From Oopsacas minuta (Eukaryota > Animalia > Porifera): a stretch of DNA of 64,000 bases. Position numbers and translations under genes: made by a program. The notes beneath the pieces were generated by a model, which worked only from the letters and a program-made list of their open reading frames with translations, made no database searches and had not been told where the DNA came from. The number at the start of each line of letters is the position of its first letter. Positions within the stretch are counted from its first letter, which is position 1. The DNA is taken from assembly GCA_024704765.1 (NCBI GenBank), contig JAKMXF010000325.1, forward strand, positions 163,171-227,170, in the 5' to 3' direction. Positions 22,456 through 34,968 of the stretch are shown here, one piece after another.

Positions 22456-25400
22456 ATGTTACTGAATCAAATAATAATAATAATCTCTATTACATTCGTG
22501 ACAACAAGAGGGCTAACCGAAGAGAATGACAGATATATTATCGTACTTAAAGATGAGTCTACGTTACAAGACATAGAGGAGGTTATAAGTATGATAGAGA
22601 AACAGGAGCAGAAAGAAAGAGAGATGATGGAGATGAAATATGTAAACAATCTCATTCCAATGATATCTGGGAGAATCAGCGTGGAAACAGTAATTAAGGT
22701 ATGTATTGATACTTAAACACTAACAAATTGCAACAGGTATTACAAAGAAGAATACAGGGGAAAATTATTGTCTTCATTTAATTCCAGTAAATAAAGTAGT
22801 AAGAAGTAGCCGATAGAAAATGTAACAAATTCCACATTCATTACAATTTTAGCAAGAATATATGGTTAGCATTGCGAGTCAGAAAAACGGTTTCAACTGT
22901 AGAATATTGATGGAATTAGATATTTTGCTCAGCTGTCTCCTTCCACATGATGAGACCGTTTAGGAGTATAGGGAAAGTTCTGCTAGAGTCCTCTCTTTGA
23001 GTAGAGGCTGTCTTTGATTTCAATAGGAATCCAGATATATCGATAATAGTAGAGATATGTTTTGTAAATGCTGGTCGTATCGATTCGATTATGAATCTTT
23101 GAGAGGGACAGGGAGTATTTCACTGGAAATTATAGTCCCAAACTGTTTGAATAAGGGTGATAGCTCTTCTAACAATCGTTATTCACTTCTAAATCATCTG
23201 GTGCTATCACATCTTCCCATCTCATCGAAAACTCTTCAGTCGAATTGGAACAATAAAGTGTAAATCTATTGAAAGGATATATGCAACATTTGCCTCTTTG
23301 GCCGGGATGTCGCGATTTTAGAAGATATTTTCAGTGCTATGTCCCGCGTAAATGTGTCAAAGAGTGGAATCGTCACACTTTTCGTATGCCAGACGAATAG
23401 TAGTGGTATGGACAGCTTGGGGACTTTATACCTTGCAAAAATTCCGATACAAATTAAGCGCGTCAACCTATGGGTCAACTCATCTGCCCACCGGATCACT
23501 CGGTGGGTCAATCCCTCCTAAGTAGTATTATAGTTGTCAACTTTGTAAAAATACATCTGTAGATTTGTTTAACAATATAATATTTGAATAATTTTGATTT
23601 GAATGATTTTATTGCATTTTTGAAAAGATTACAAAAACTGAATAAGCAGTATAATTTCAGCTCTTAATCATTTGAAATAGTGTCGTAGGGGAAATTTGGC
23701 CCTTAAAAGGAGGCCATCCATTAACTCGAACACGATTTTTGATTTCCCCGCAGGTTCGAGTTACCGGATGCGGACTGTACATCTCTATTACAGCCGAACC
23801 CCCTAAATACTAAACCAACGGACAATCAAATATTGTCCGCATTTTCCAGAGTTCGTATTAAAGAGGTATACTGTGTATTCCTTGTTACAGATAGCAGCTC
23901 TACCAGTAGTTGACTACATCGAGAAGGATCAACCTGTCCACATGCTCCCGATTACTGATAAAAATTACAACGCATCAGAATGGTTGATTAACAACAGTGA
24001 AAATGTGAATGGAAGCACAACCCGTTACAACTTGGACATGATCAACAACCCTTCTAACAGATGCAGAAATTACAGATACAAACCTCCTAACGACGGTACT
24101 GGTGTAGACATATACATTATGGATACAGGAATTAATTATTCCCATCAAGATTTCAAAGATTCGAATGGAAAAACACGAGCTAAGTATGGTGGTTTTGAAG
24201 CAGTCAATCCAGTAAATTATGGATGGGACTGTCAAGGCCACGGTTCACATTGTGCTGGTATTGCTGGGGGACTAGCGAGTGGAGTAGCTAAGGGTGCTAA
24301 TCTCTACAGTATCAGAGTACTGAGTTGTGCAGGGGATGGGACTACGGAGGGAGTGGTAGAAGCGTTAGATTTCATAGCAGATTTACACAAGAAAAAATCA
24401 ACAAGGTAATATATTCAAAGGTGTAAGTATAGTAATATAGAATTTCTAGATAGAGCTATACAGTGTGTTAAGAAATTGATGTCGTATCGGGTTTTTATGG
24501 TCAATCTATCGTCCGATAACATCGCCAATTGATCCTGTAATCTTTATCAAATCAAATTTAATTTATGAAGTCTATTATGTCAATGTACATTTGCAAAGGT
24601 TTTATGGAATGTAGCGACAAAAATATTATTACCAAACATATCTGAAACAAACTCCGTGTAGACTCTGTCCCAGCTACCATACCTAAATACAGATATTTAT
24701 GGTTCAAATAAGTTATGGTGCTATTTTAGTGAAGGTGTGTGGTTTTGCCACTTTCTCGTGGAAAGAGAATATGAAATCTCTCTATTATACAATTGTATAA
24801 ACTTATTATCGAGAGGCGAATCATCAAGTAAAAATCGCTGATATAAATACCAAAACCATACTGGCAAAGGATCACTTTCTGAAAAATTATGAAATTCTAA
24901 CTTTGGTAGATTCCTTTGTAAAAAACAAAACAAGAAGATACAACAGTTTTATAGGTTTTCCTACCACATCAATTTCTTATAACCCTGTACTAGACGTCTG
25001 TATTTACTTATCCCGTTCCAAAACATCACCCAACCAGGCGTGGCACTGTCGACTGCAGTATGCATAATTATTAGCTTTACACATAGAATGGACAATCGAT
25101 CAAAGAATTATTATTAGCAAAATATTACTAAAATCATTATCTAGAAGTAATTTTGTTGCTTCAATCGTAAGCATGTCGCTTGGAGGAGGAAAGAGTATTG
25201 CCATGAACAGAGCGGTAAACAGATTGGTTAGTACAGGAGTTGTAGTAGTGACGGCAAGTGGAAATGATGGAGCGGATGCTTGCTTGACAAGTCCTGGATC
25301 AGCTGGACTCAATATTAATGTAGGAGCGCACTCTGAACCGATATTGAATTCTAAAGTTGGATGTAAGAATCCTATAGAAGCCTTCTCTAACTGGGGAAGT

Positions 25401-26298
25401 TGTGTGGATGTTATTGCCCCCGGTAGAGATATTAAGAGCGTTGATTACCGGAACAATTATGGTAAGGAATTTACGAGGATTTGGAGCTATAAAAAGGGTG
25501 TAGGAGTAGATGGTACCAGTGGGGCAATGGCCCTATCATATTTTTAATGCATATCAATATTGGGGGACTCCTTAAGTGATCATGTCCTTAGCTTAGTGTT
25601 CGTAAATCGGCAGGGTTGCCGTGAGAATGGGATGGGGAATCATTTTCTTTCTGTAGAAATTCCCATATGGGAAAACCTATAGGAATTCCACATAAATCCT
25701 GTGGGAATGGATGGGAAGGAAATTGGTGATTGTAGCTTTCTAACTTACCAATATATCGCAATTACACTGGAACTCGAATAAAGGAGTATGCTTTATTCGG
25801 GAACCAGTATGTACCATCCGAGCGTGCGCGTGTGTCTTATCAGAATAGATATTGTATAGAATGAACGAAAACAAATTGTTGAGTTGTAAGATTAAGAAGG
25901 AATACGTACTAACCGAGTAACCGAGTATGATTAAACGTCTTATATTGTTCTACTGTAGCATATGTATTTCAGGGTTCATTTTATCTAGATTTCTGGGAGA
26001 ATAGGATCATATTATTAACAGTCAGCATTAGTTTAGCCCAAACACTCAAAATTTGATTTATACATCCCTAGATTTCAGATTAGACTCAGGTACTTCCATG
26101 GCTTGTCCTCACGTAGCTGGTGCAGCAGCAATAATAATGCAAAGCAATAGATTCCTAAATCCAGAGCAAGTTAAGCAGAAAATAGTGAGAGGTGAGGCAA
26201 ATGACATAGACAGAACAGACCAATCCGTCTCAGTGCAAATAGCATCTCATAGCCAGAGGCTGTACATACCAAGCTATTACGCAAGACATGTTATTTAA
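22456..26298 (+). CDS. Secreted proteinase K-like subtilisin (S8A) with I9 propeptide; exons 22456-22698, 23891-24405, 25145-25461, 26072-26298; 433 aa
   Basis: Signal peptide, RYIIVLKD propeptide, triad YIMDTG / GHGSHCAG / GTSMACPHVAG and oxyanion ASGND. GT-AG introns in phases 0, 2 and 1 join to 1302 nt in frame. Confidence 0.9.
22919..23132 (-). repeat. Decayed coding-like repeat in subtilase intron 1, homologous to 29998-30193 (+)
   Basis: Shared blocks AAATACTCCCTGT.C.TCTCAAA and AACGGTCTCAT.ATGT.GA.GGA.ACAGCTGAG.AAAATAT. Confidence 0.65.
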
Positions 26299-27119
26299 TT
26301 CTTCATTATTCATTCATATAAATATTTGTATGTAATTCTGCAATATTATTATTTATTGGTTGAGAATTGGATAATCCAAATTTGAGGAACAATAAAATAA
26401 ACTCCAACCTTTTACTCTCCAAATGCTGGTGTCTTATAACATGTTTACTAGCCATGAAAATATGATAGTTTACTAGATAGTCTTATAATTATATAATTTA
26501 CATATATATGACTTACTAATAAGAGCTGTACTACAGAAACGAATCGCATATTCGATATTAAGCAGAATAAGCACGAACTATTTAATATGAAAATATCGTA
26601 TTACAATTTTGCTGCAAATGCTGGTACAAGGTTATTTGGGGTGTATGTAAGCGTTTGACCATATAATGTACGAGTTATTCTTCCACTAGTATTGAGGAAG
26701 AATGTGTTAGGTGAGATAAATTTCAATTTTCAAATACTTAGGTTCCGGTTATAACGCCAGTTATTCTAACCTGCAATTACAGTCTAGTAGTTGCAAAGTG
26801 TTTCTAATTCAGAATTTATAGGTCTACGACTCTACGTACATATCAATGATATCATTCCTGAATATACATAGATATTATCCACAGTTTGTGGTGGCAAAAG
26901 AACGTATTCGACGTGTATTTCCGTTCAAGAAATAAATGCAGTCATTATTCGATAACTAAGTATTAAATTGATGTTAGAGAAAGCACAGTTTATTAAGAAA
27001 CATTAAATTCTATATCATTCATAATTAAGAGTTCCTGGAAATGAGGACTTTCTGGTAGAATAGTGTTAGAAAAACTTTAAGGACCTACGGCTGTTAGATA
27101 ATTAGAATGCGGGTGATTG

Positions 27120-27600
27120 TGCCTGAGTAGTAGAGGAATTAACCATAATATCTTTGTATGGTATCTGCAGTTAATTAGCGATAATTATAATAAGTGTAGT
27201 GTGTTTGTTTGAAGGATCGCAATGGATGGATTTTCCCCTAGAACCACGAAGCCGGTCAATGATAATATCCTAGGCTTGTTTCCAACGTGGGGCAGCTATC
27301 GTTAATTGGCATGAACATAATCAGAATTTTGTTGTACACGATCATATTAAATTGGAAATGAGTACACACCTTGCTTCATTAATTGAATCAACATGATCCT
27401 CCTGCATCTAGGAATATGAGTTGCTATAATTATTGCAAATAAATGCCTCATTTTGGCTATGATCTAGTACAATAGAGTAGTTAGCTCATCCATCACTTGC
27501 TTGAATCAGTAGATATATCTAGTACTGAGACAACTTCACTCATAATAAATTTTCTTTTTAAAACAGCTTTTGAATAATCAATACATGGCACAGTATAACG
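27120..27600 (-). pseudogene. Possible highly decayed NHL-repeat family remnant
   Basis: Fragments PCIDYSKAV and IVLDHSQNEAFICNNYSN resemble the family at 7250-8118; many stops. Confidence 0.3.
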
Positions 27601-27628
27601 CCCCTGTGATTAATCCACGATATGAGAA

Positions 27629-27677
27629 AATTAGTTAGACAGTTGAAGGAATTGGTCCTTCAACTGTCTAACCAATT
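27629..27677. repeat. Compact palindrome: 22-bp arms (one mismatch), 5-nt loop
   Basis: AATTAGTTAGACAGTTGAAGGA-ATTGG-TCCTTCAACTGTCTAACCAATT. Confidence 0.9.
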
Positions 27678-28113
27678 CTTTGATTGAAAGCAAAAACCGA
27701 GCGTCGTCTTCAAACTAACGAGCTCCGTGAGTTACAGGAAATAATGCTAGCTGAGATTAGGATAAAGCGAGGAGAGGTTATGATATACCGGCCTAAGACC
27801 CAAGTTGCATTCATGAGACATCCGTACACCTAGAGCAGATGGTAGAGTACTGGACGATGTATTAATAAAAGGAGGTAGTACCAAATTATAAAAACATGAC
27901 ACGAGTAGCAAAGTAGCTAGCTATACATTTGGAAGAGAAGAAAGGCTCTTGGAGAGTTGTTTGGTCTTAATGATGTAATTATTAAATCCAACACCACAAT
28001 ATATGGTTGTAGAGGGGGTGTAATAATTGTTTTCAATCACACGCACGTATCTCCATATATTCTGAGAGAGAAGTCTACCTCCTAGGAGGCTTCACTCGCC
28101 AGGACATGGATGG

Positions 28114-28195
28114 CTTCGAGGCATAGGCGCAACTAGGCTCAATGAGTCAAGGTAGGAAAAATGACGTCATGCTCAGTTGTGCCTATGCCTCGAAG
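28114..28195. repeat. 82-bp inverted-repeat element, 21-bp arms (one mismatch)
   Basis: CTTCGAGGCATAGGCGCAACT ... AGTTGTGCCTATGCCTCGAAG; internal ATGACGTCAT palindrome; no TSD seen. Confidence 0.8.
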
Positions 28196-29839
28196 TACAA
28201 CCGTATACGGGGACAATGTGCATGTCACAGTCTCTGAGTATAAGAAGTACTTTGGTTAAATAAACTGACAGGATCGGTCTTATTGCTTAGCTAGCTATCT
28301 ACACTATCAGAGTGACTTTAAGCTAATCTAAAATCCTCGTGACATCAAGCTAACAGCTGATAAGATGTACGTTATCTGAGATGACAATCCCTGAGTCCAA
28401 ACGTTCACTCAAACGGGAGAGAGACCCCTGTACAGGGCTGGCGCCACCCGGTCCGGTTTGTCAGGTTTAACAGGATCACTTTTAGGTGCAGTTTGTACTG
28501 TTTCTAGGGGAAAGTGAGATTCTACCTGACCAATTTAGTATGGCTCCTAGGAGCCTATGACGGTTTAACCGGACCACTTAAAAATCCATGCCGCTGGGCC
28601 TGCTAAACTAACGGGCTGTATCGGATATCCAAGGGGAAAGAGCTTTACACATTTCATCCTATGTATGGTAAACAGTATAAGTCAAGTTTGAAATAACCAG
28701 ATAATTATTTGTTAACCCATCAAAAACAAAATTATCTGAGAAGTGCCTAAGGCTTTCATAGCTTCATATAAGTATAATAATACTATATATGCGAGATTTC
28801 TGTCTTCCTTTTAAATTAAATAACGACTGAGTACGCGGGCCAAATAATGGTCGAATTTATGTGGATCGCTTCGTTATTTGCGATGCAGACCTTGATACGA
28901 TGCGATGAATATTCTACAGCATATACCTTTGTATGTGTTCTCAAGGCAACTCCAAAGTTCACGTTATATTTCTTGATACGTGTAACTTACAATTCCATTT
29001 CACGTTGATTGGTGTGACAAACCTTGTTTTCAGTGTCGTTAATGTATTTAGCTTCAACCATATACTTCTGAGCTATCTCCCTAAATATACATATATTTAG
29101 TGTAAAAATTGATTACTAAACATCTTTGTGTTATTGATATTTAATATTAATTAAGTTGCATAAGAAAATTGTTAATCACCAAAAAGTAGAATATTACCCG
29201 AATTATCACTAATATGTTTCGAAAGGCGATTTTACTGATCTATACTAACTTGTTAACTTTCAGAATTTAAACAGTAAATATCAAAATGATAATCTTAGAA
29301 AATTCTCTAAATGATGCTTTGCAATTTATAAAACAATTATAATTAATATAAGTGTATATAGTAATCTGAATTTATGCCTAATTCTGAACCACAATATTAG
29401 CCACTTAATATACAAATCTCAATAGAAATTAATCAATGAATATTCTATTGAAACAACGCTACGACATCTCTATTAACTATAAATCCTAAACTAATTCTGA
29501 AGCAACATTAATGGCAGCTAATACTAGCCATGAAACTGTATCACAAGCTGATAAGATGATGAAGAATACTAATTTTAGAGAAATAATCCAGTTGTCTCAA
29601 GGATTTGAGCAGGAATTGCAAACATTGGATAGCAAAAAGGCCTGTATTTTGACAATGGAAACAGGCGCAACACTAAAGGTAACTTGATGATAATTCGAGA
29701 CCAGGCCTTTATCTGGGTGGGAGATTTTCGGGAAATAGTTATGAGGATGCGCGAAATTTGACCTTTATTAGGTAATGTCCCCATGTTCTTAATACATTAG
29801 GGGCGCAAATTTAATCTATGTGCATACTTTGGGTGCGCG

Positions 29840-31060
29840 GGTTATCTAACTCTAGAAGTAGCCCTGTTCGAGACTACAATACGAGAATACCCAAACTCCT
29901 CAATGAAATGGATGGAGTTATAGCTTTCATTGATATAAATGGGTATGTAAATTGCTAAGATCGGAGGTATCACAATTATACCATGAATTCGAGAGGTTAA
30001 TTTCTACTAAAATACTCCCTGTACATCTCAAAAGAATTTCATAGAACGCTACAGCCAGTATATACAGAAAATTACTCAAATTATTATTATCATTGACTGG
30101 CTCACGATCGAGTTCCAAGACAGCTCTTGCAAACCTTTCCTATACTCTATCAACGGTCTCATTATGTTGGAGGACACAGCTGAGAAAAATATTGATAAAA
30201 TCGAGAGAATAACTCCTAAACTGCCGAAACAGATCTTGAATGAGATTGTAAGATAATATGAATGTCTCACCAAAAAAGACTAAAGGCTGAGTGAAATTTT
30301 AAAATGAGAAATTATCCTATACCACAACTTTGATGTTCAAATTCGATGACAAATGGAGCGAAACATTTAATAGATGGAGAATCCATATTCTATGTAGATC
30401 CTGAAATAAAGGAAGACATGAAACCTCTAAATCTATCTGAAAGAGACCTGCTTCCAGGAGGTATCACACGCCAGGAGTATGACAAGAGGCTAGATAGATT
30501 TACTACGGAGTATGCTAAAGCTAGAGATACATTAGAGACCGTAATGCAGATGAGATAGAAGTGAAATGCAAAAGATAGAGGATCGAATGGGTGAATTTCA
30601 TTTATGAAGAACGTTAGACGGTAGATTCCTTAAATATCTCGTCAATAAAACGAAGATGACAAGGATTTGAGGGAAATATATGAAATTCTAATCAGAAAAA
30701 TTTGTTACTTTTACGACAACAGGATAGATATTCCTTCAGTTGCCATCAGGACTGATAACTATCCCTTAAAAGTACCCCCACTCAAAAATGAGAGGAACAT
30801 CCCCGTACATCTGGTATTGACAGAGGTGGAATTGAGGGATCATAACGGATAGATATTAACCAATTATACACTCCAACTGATGCGGATTGATACGGTGATG
30901 CAGTCCCATTCTACCACGCTCATGATTTTGTTTCTACAGAACCGTTTTATCATGAAAGTGATGCCCCGACAACATTGACCTTCTTCAAAACCTTTGTATT
31001 CGTGTGCTACTCAAGCGTAATAGCACAATATAGATTGACATGGGAAGATGATGTAAACCA
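29840..31060 (+). pseudogene. Decayed coding sequence of an unrecognised family
   Basis: Consecutive protein-like frames broken by stops and frameshifts (DWLTIEFQDSSCKPFLYSINGLIMLEDTAEKNI; MTNGAKHLIDGESIFYVDPE...; YFYDNRIDIPSVAIRTDNYPLKVPP). Homologous to 22919-23132. Confidence 0.45.
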
Positions 31061-32070
31061 ACGGTTTTTCAACCTATGGTCATATGACCAAACTTGACCA
31101 TACTGTGGTCACTGAGGTTTGTATATAGATTTTTGGTCAACTTGAGCTCCATGACCAATTTACCAAACGTAACTAATCTTGTCAAACGAGTCGACCTGGA
31201 TTGGGTCATGAGATCAAAAATTTCAGGGACAATTCAATCAAAATATTTGACAAGGAAGGTATATTCATTGAAACATTTTGGGAAAAAGTTTGCACAGATT
31301 AAAGAAGAAAAATCCGGTTTCGCCTTACCCGAAAACTACCTAAATAGAACACCACAAAATTTTTGTATCTACATAGAAAATATCCAAATAGTAGTTTACT
31401 CATAATCTAATCTTATCATATTGATCTAATTTTACGCTATATTCACATGATATTTTGGAAATCTGGGAGAAAGAAAAATATTGTTGAATAATTCATTTCA
31501 GAAATAATGAATCATGAATTATTTGTAATACGATACAGGAGTTTTTACGCCTAAAGAGAAATATTCGTACGTCTAACATATATTTTCCAAAATTTATGTG
31601 TCTATAGCCGCGCGCATACGCCTGGATAACATCCTGGTTATAATAGATTACACATTTTCCTGTTATAGTAATCAATCGTAATCATGCAAACAAATTGGTG
31701 TTATGTATCTTTAAATTTAGGATACACGGCTACGGTGCTTATATTAAATTACGACCTTATGGATCGAATTCACACTCGTATCATATACACTGCAATATTA
31801 TTGACTGAACTGTAATCGTAAAAGTAATCATGCAAGAATTTATAGCAATCGCAATCGTACTCACCAGAAAATTGACAGCCCTTCCGGCTAATAATATGCG
31901 AGATATTTATTATTTATATTTCAACTTACATGAACGTGAGACCTAGTCTCTACAAATATATTGAAGTTTCACTGACTTAATATTCATAAAAGATAATACA
32001 TTCGCATATGAGAATCCTGAATGGAGAAATACAGATTCAGTGGGATCTAGGAGTAGTGAAACCTAAACTG

Positions 32071-32468
32071 CAGTCAAACTTGTCTAAAACGGCCACTGAA
32101 GGGACTGGCCAAAAGTGGCCGTTGTATACAGGTGACAGCTATAGGAGGTTGACCGTTATATACTAGTTGGGTAGTAACTTTATGTTAATGGTGGTGCTAT
32201 AGGCCAAGTGACTGAGTTTTAAGATAGTATAGTGGAAGTAGTTAATGATGACTACCCAAAGGAGTTGTCAAAGGTAGACCTTACAGGAGGCGACCACTTT
32301 ATAATGTGGCCTTAGATAAAGGAGCTGGCCGTTAGATAGAGGTAGTAGCCGTTCTAGACAGGTTTAACGCCAGTAAGGGACCAAAAATGGTGGCCGCTAT
32401 AGAGAGGTCATTATAAGGGGAAATCGGAGGGGGCTGTTTTAGGTGGCCGCTATATGCAGGTTTGACTG
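32071..32468. mobile_element. pogo/Tigger-like MITE (398 bp)
   Basis: TIRs CAGTCAAACTTGTCTAAAACGGCCAC / GTGGCCGCTATATGCAGGTTTGACTG, followed by TA. Confidence 0.8.
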
Positions 32469-32575
32469 TATATAGAAAATATTAAATATAGAACAATCCA
32501 TTTTCAACACAAAATATTTCCATGCTAGATATATGAAAATATTAATGAATAATTATAATAATCTAATCTATAAAA

Positions 32576-34357
32576 TCATAGTTTAGAATCTCTCTTCTCT
32601 TTATTCCCATCTTGATTAGAATCAGGTGAAATAACCAGTTCATTTTTCTCCTCCATCTTATCAGCTCCCTTCTCTATCTCTCCTACCTTTGTCTGCATTT
32701 TAGATTGTACCTCCTCACCTTCTAACTTAGGTTGCTTAGCGCTGGGTTCTAACTCACCAGTAGATCCTCCCTCTGTAGCTGCAGGTTTCTCCTCCATCTT
32801 ATCAGCTCCCTTCTCTGTCTCTTCTGTCTCTGTCTTCGTTTTAGATTGTATTTCCTTATCTTCTAACTTAGGTAGCTTAGCGTTGGGTTCTAACTGACTA
32901 CTAGCATCTCCAGCTGTTGTTTCTTGTAAGGTTTCAGGCTTATCCGCCTTACTTATACCCTCATTTTCAGCTTTGTCCTTATCCAGCTGCTTGGTGATTA
33001 TTCCAGCAGGAGCTGTAACAGCTGAAGTGAGAATAGGAACACCTGTGCTAGCATGGGGTAATAAAGATTTTGGTTCTGAGACAGGTGGAGTACTCTCCTT
33101 ATCTACCCTATCCTGTGTATCTGTACTGGTAATGGGAGGAGGAGGTGTTGGGAAGAAAAGACATGACAATTCAGAATATATATCATAATCCACCTTAAGG
33201 AACACACAAAATATAACACGCTGCATTTGAGTCTTAGCATACTCATTCTCTTCAAACCATTTACGCACTATTTTAAGTGCCGTAAACGCAGCATTAAAGT
33301 TGGGATATCCGTATATACCAGTAGAGACACAGCAGAAAGCTATAGATTTAATATTATGCACCTTAACAAGATGTAAACACTCTTTGTAGCAAGATTCTAG
33401 CTCCATACGCCTCTCACCAATTGGACCTACAGTATGAATAATGTATTTAGCAGGGAGTCTGTGACCGCCGGAAATTTTGGCCTTTCCAGTATCACAACCA
33501 TTTAGAGCATAGCATTCATTATATAGAGATCGGCCAGCAGCGTTATGAATAGCTCCATCTACTCCTCCCCCGCCCAGGAGAGATTTGTTAGCAGCGTTAA
33601 CTATCGCATCTATCTCCAGTTTCGTAATGTCTCCTCTCCAGATAGACACCTTGTTATTTATAGCAGGATCAGCTGTTTTAGGATTGTTTAGTTCACTATT
33701 GCTCTTGCAATTCTTTGCTATTTGAAATTCAGGCCAGGTTTCAATGTCTTTCAATTGTAGGTAGTGTGACCCGCAGCTGTAATACTTACGTTTATCAGCA
33801 ATTGACATATTTTCAAAGAATTCTCTGTTTTCTGTGGGAGCTGTAGCAGAACGTAACAAGTACCATGGTTTTTCTACTACTTTACTGGAGCTTTTATTAG
33901 ATTTAGGATTTTGTTTTACTTCATCTGTAGGTGTATTCTTCTCAGGTTCTTTCTCGTTTGAAGATTCCATATCTACATTCTTAGATTCTTCTCCAGTCTC
34001 TAGTTGCTGAGACTTAGCAGAATCAGTTCTAGCTTCATCTGTAGTTTCCAAAATAGGAGTAGATTCTCTATCTTCTCTAGAAGTAGTGTCTTTATCAGTT
34101 TGTTTCTCTATATTGGTAGTAGCAGAATCTGTGTTAGTTGTAGACTCATCAGTTTTATTAGTATCTGCCTTATCTTCTCTACTTTCATGGGTAGAGTCTA
34201 TCGGAGAAGATGAACTTGCCATCCTAATTGCTTGTGAATGTAGTATTGATGGAGAATTATAATTATATAGATGTGTAGATAACCTGCTAGTCAGTGATGA
34301 TGATTTACAAACAGTTGTGAGTTTCAAAGTAGTTCTTAATGCACGTAATGATAGCAT
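32576..34357 (-). CDS. MACROD: MacroD-type mono-ADP-ribosylhydrolase / O-acetyl-ADP-ribose deacetylase, single exon, 593 aa, with predicted mitochondrial presequence and acidic extensions
   Basis: WRGDITKLEIDAIVNAANKSLLGGGGVDGAIHNAAG, LPAKYIIHTVGP, SIAFCCVSTGIYGYP, RVIFCVF; R/S/T/L-rich acid-free N-terminus. Confidence 0.93.
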   Translation of the reverse strand: MLSLRALRTTLKLTTVCKSSSLTSRLSTHLYNYNSPSILHSQAIRMASSSSPIDSTHESREDKADTNKTDESTTNTDSATTNIEKQTDKDTTSREDRESTPILETTDEARTDSAKSQQLETGEESKNVDMESSNEKEPEKNTPTDEVKQNPKSNKSSSKVVEKPWYLLRSATAPTENREFFENMSIADKRKYYSCGSHYLQLKDIETWPEFQIAKNCKSNSELNNPKTADPAINNKVSIWRGDITKLEIDAIVNAANKSLLGGGGVDGAIHNAAGRSLYNECYALNGCDTGKAKISGGHRLPAKYIIHTVGPIGERRMELESCYKECLHLVKVHNIKSIAFCCVSTGIYGYPNFNAAFTALKIVRKWFEENEYAKTQMQRVIFCVFLKVDYDIYSELSCLFFPTPPPPITSTDTQDRVDKESTPPVSEPKSLLPHASTGVPILTSAVTAPAGIITKQLDKDKAENEGISKADKPETLQETTAGDASSQLEPNAKLPKLEDKEIQSKTKTETEETEKGADKMEEKPAATEGGSTGELEPSAKQPKLEGEEVQSKMQTKVGEIEKGADKMEEKNELVISPDSNQDGNKEKRDSKL

Positions 34358-34968
34358 AAATAACTTGACTATAATTTTATAGAATGAATTAACATAGCAA
34401 TAGTGATTACTGGCAAATCTATATAATCAGACATGCGTATTTTCATGGATTTTTCCGGCTCTAACTATAAATCTCGTTGGCTCTTTGGCTACTTAACTGT
34501 TTATTTTGCTGGAGAAATGTAAAATCTCACATATTGGTGAGAAGCCAGGTGGGAACTATTCTGTAACAGATTTTGTCTGTTTAGCATGACTTTGGTTCGA
34601 AATAATGAATAGTAACTGCACAGTCAACATAGCTATTTGCTACTAATACAAAGGGTCGCTTCTAATGAACAATCTTATCATACCTATCAACCTTTGTCAC
34701 ATCAATCCCCGGACCTTGAGTAAATCCCAGGACGACAGAAATATACGTATGTAAGTGTGTACATATGTTGTGCGAGATGTTGGCGATTTACAATATATGA
34801 CTTAAGTTATGTATTATTGCGGTTTAGCGTTAACTAGTATATGGCTTCTTACGCATAATAATGACTTATCACCCTCAGGATATACTATATCTTCCACTTA
34901 GATGCAAGGGGTACCAGGTGTAGTGATCATTTTGACTCGTATTCTTCTTCGAACCTGATTCGAGAGGT

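Noticed and set aside
27690-29100. Protein-like fragments (e.g. ERRLQTNELRELQEIMLAEIRIK; EIAQKYMVEAKYINDTENKVC)
   Set aside because: Short, stop-interrupted, no recognisable motif and no second copy in the window.
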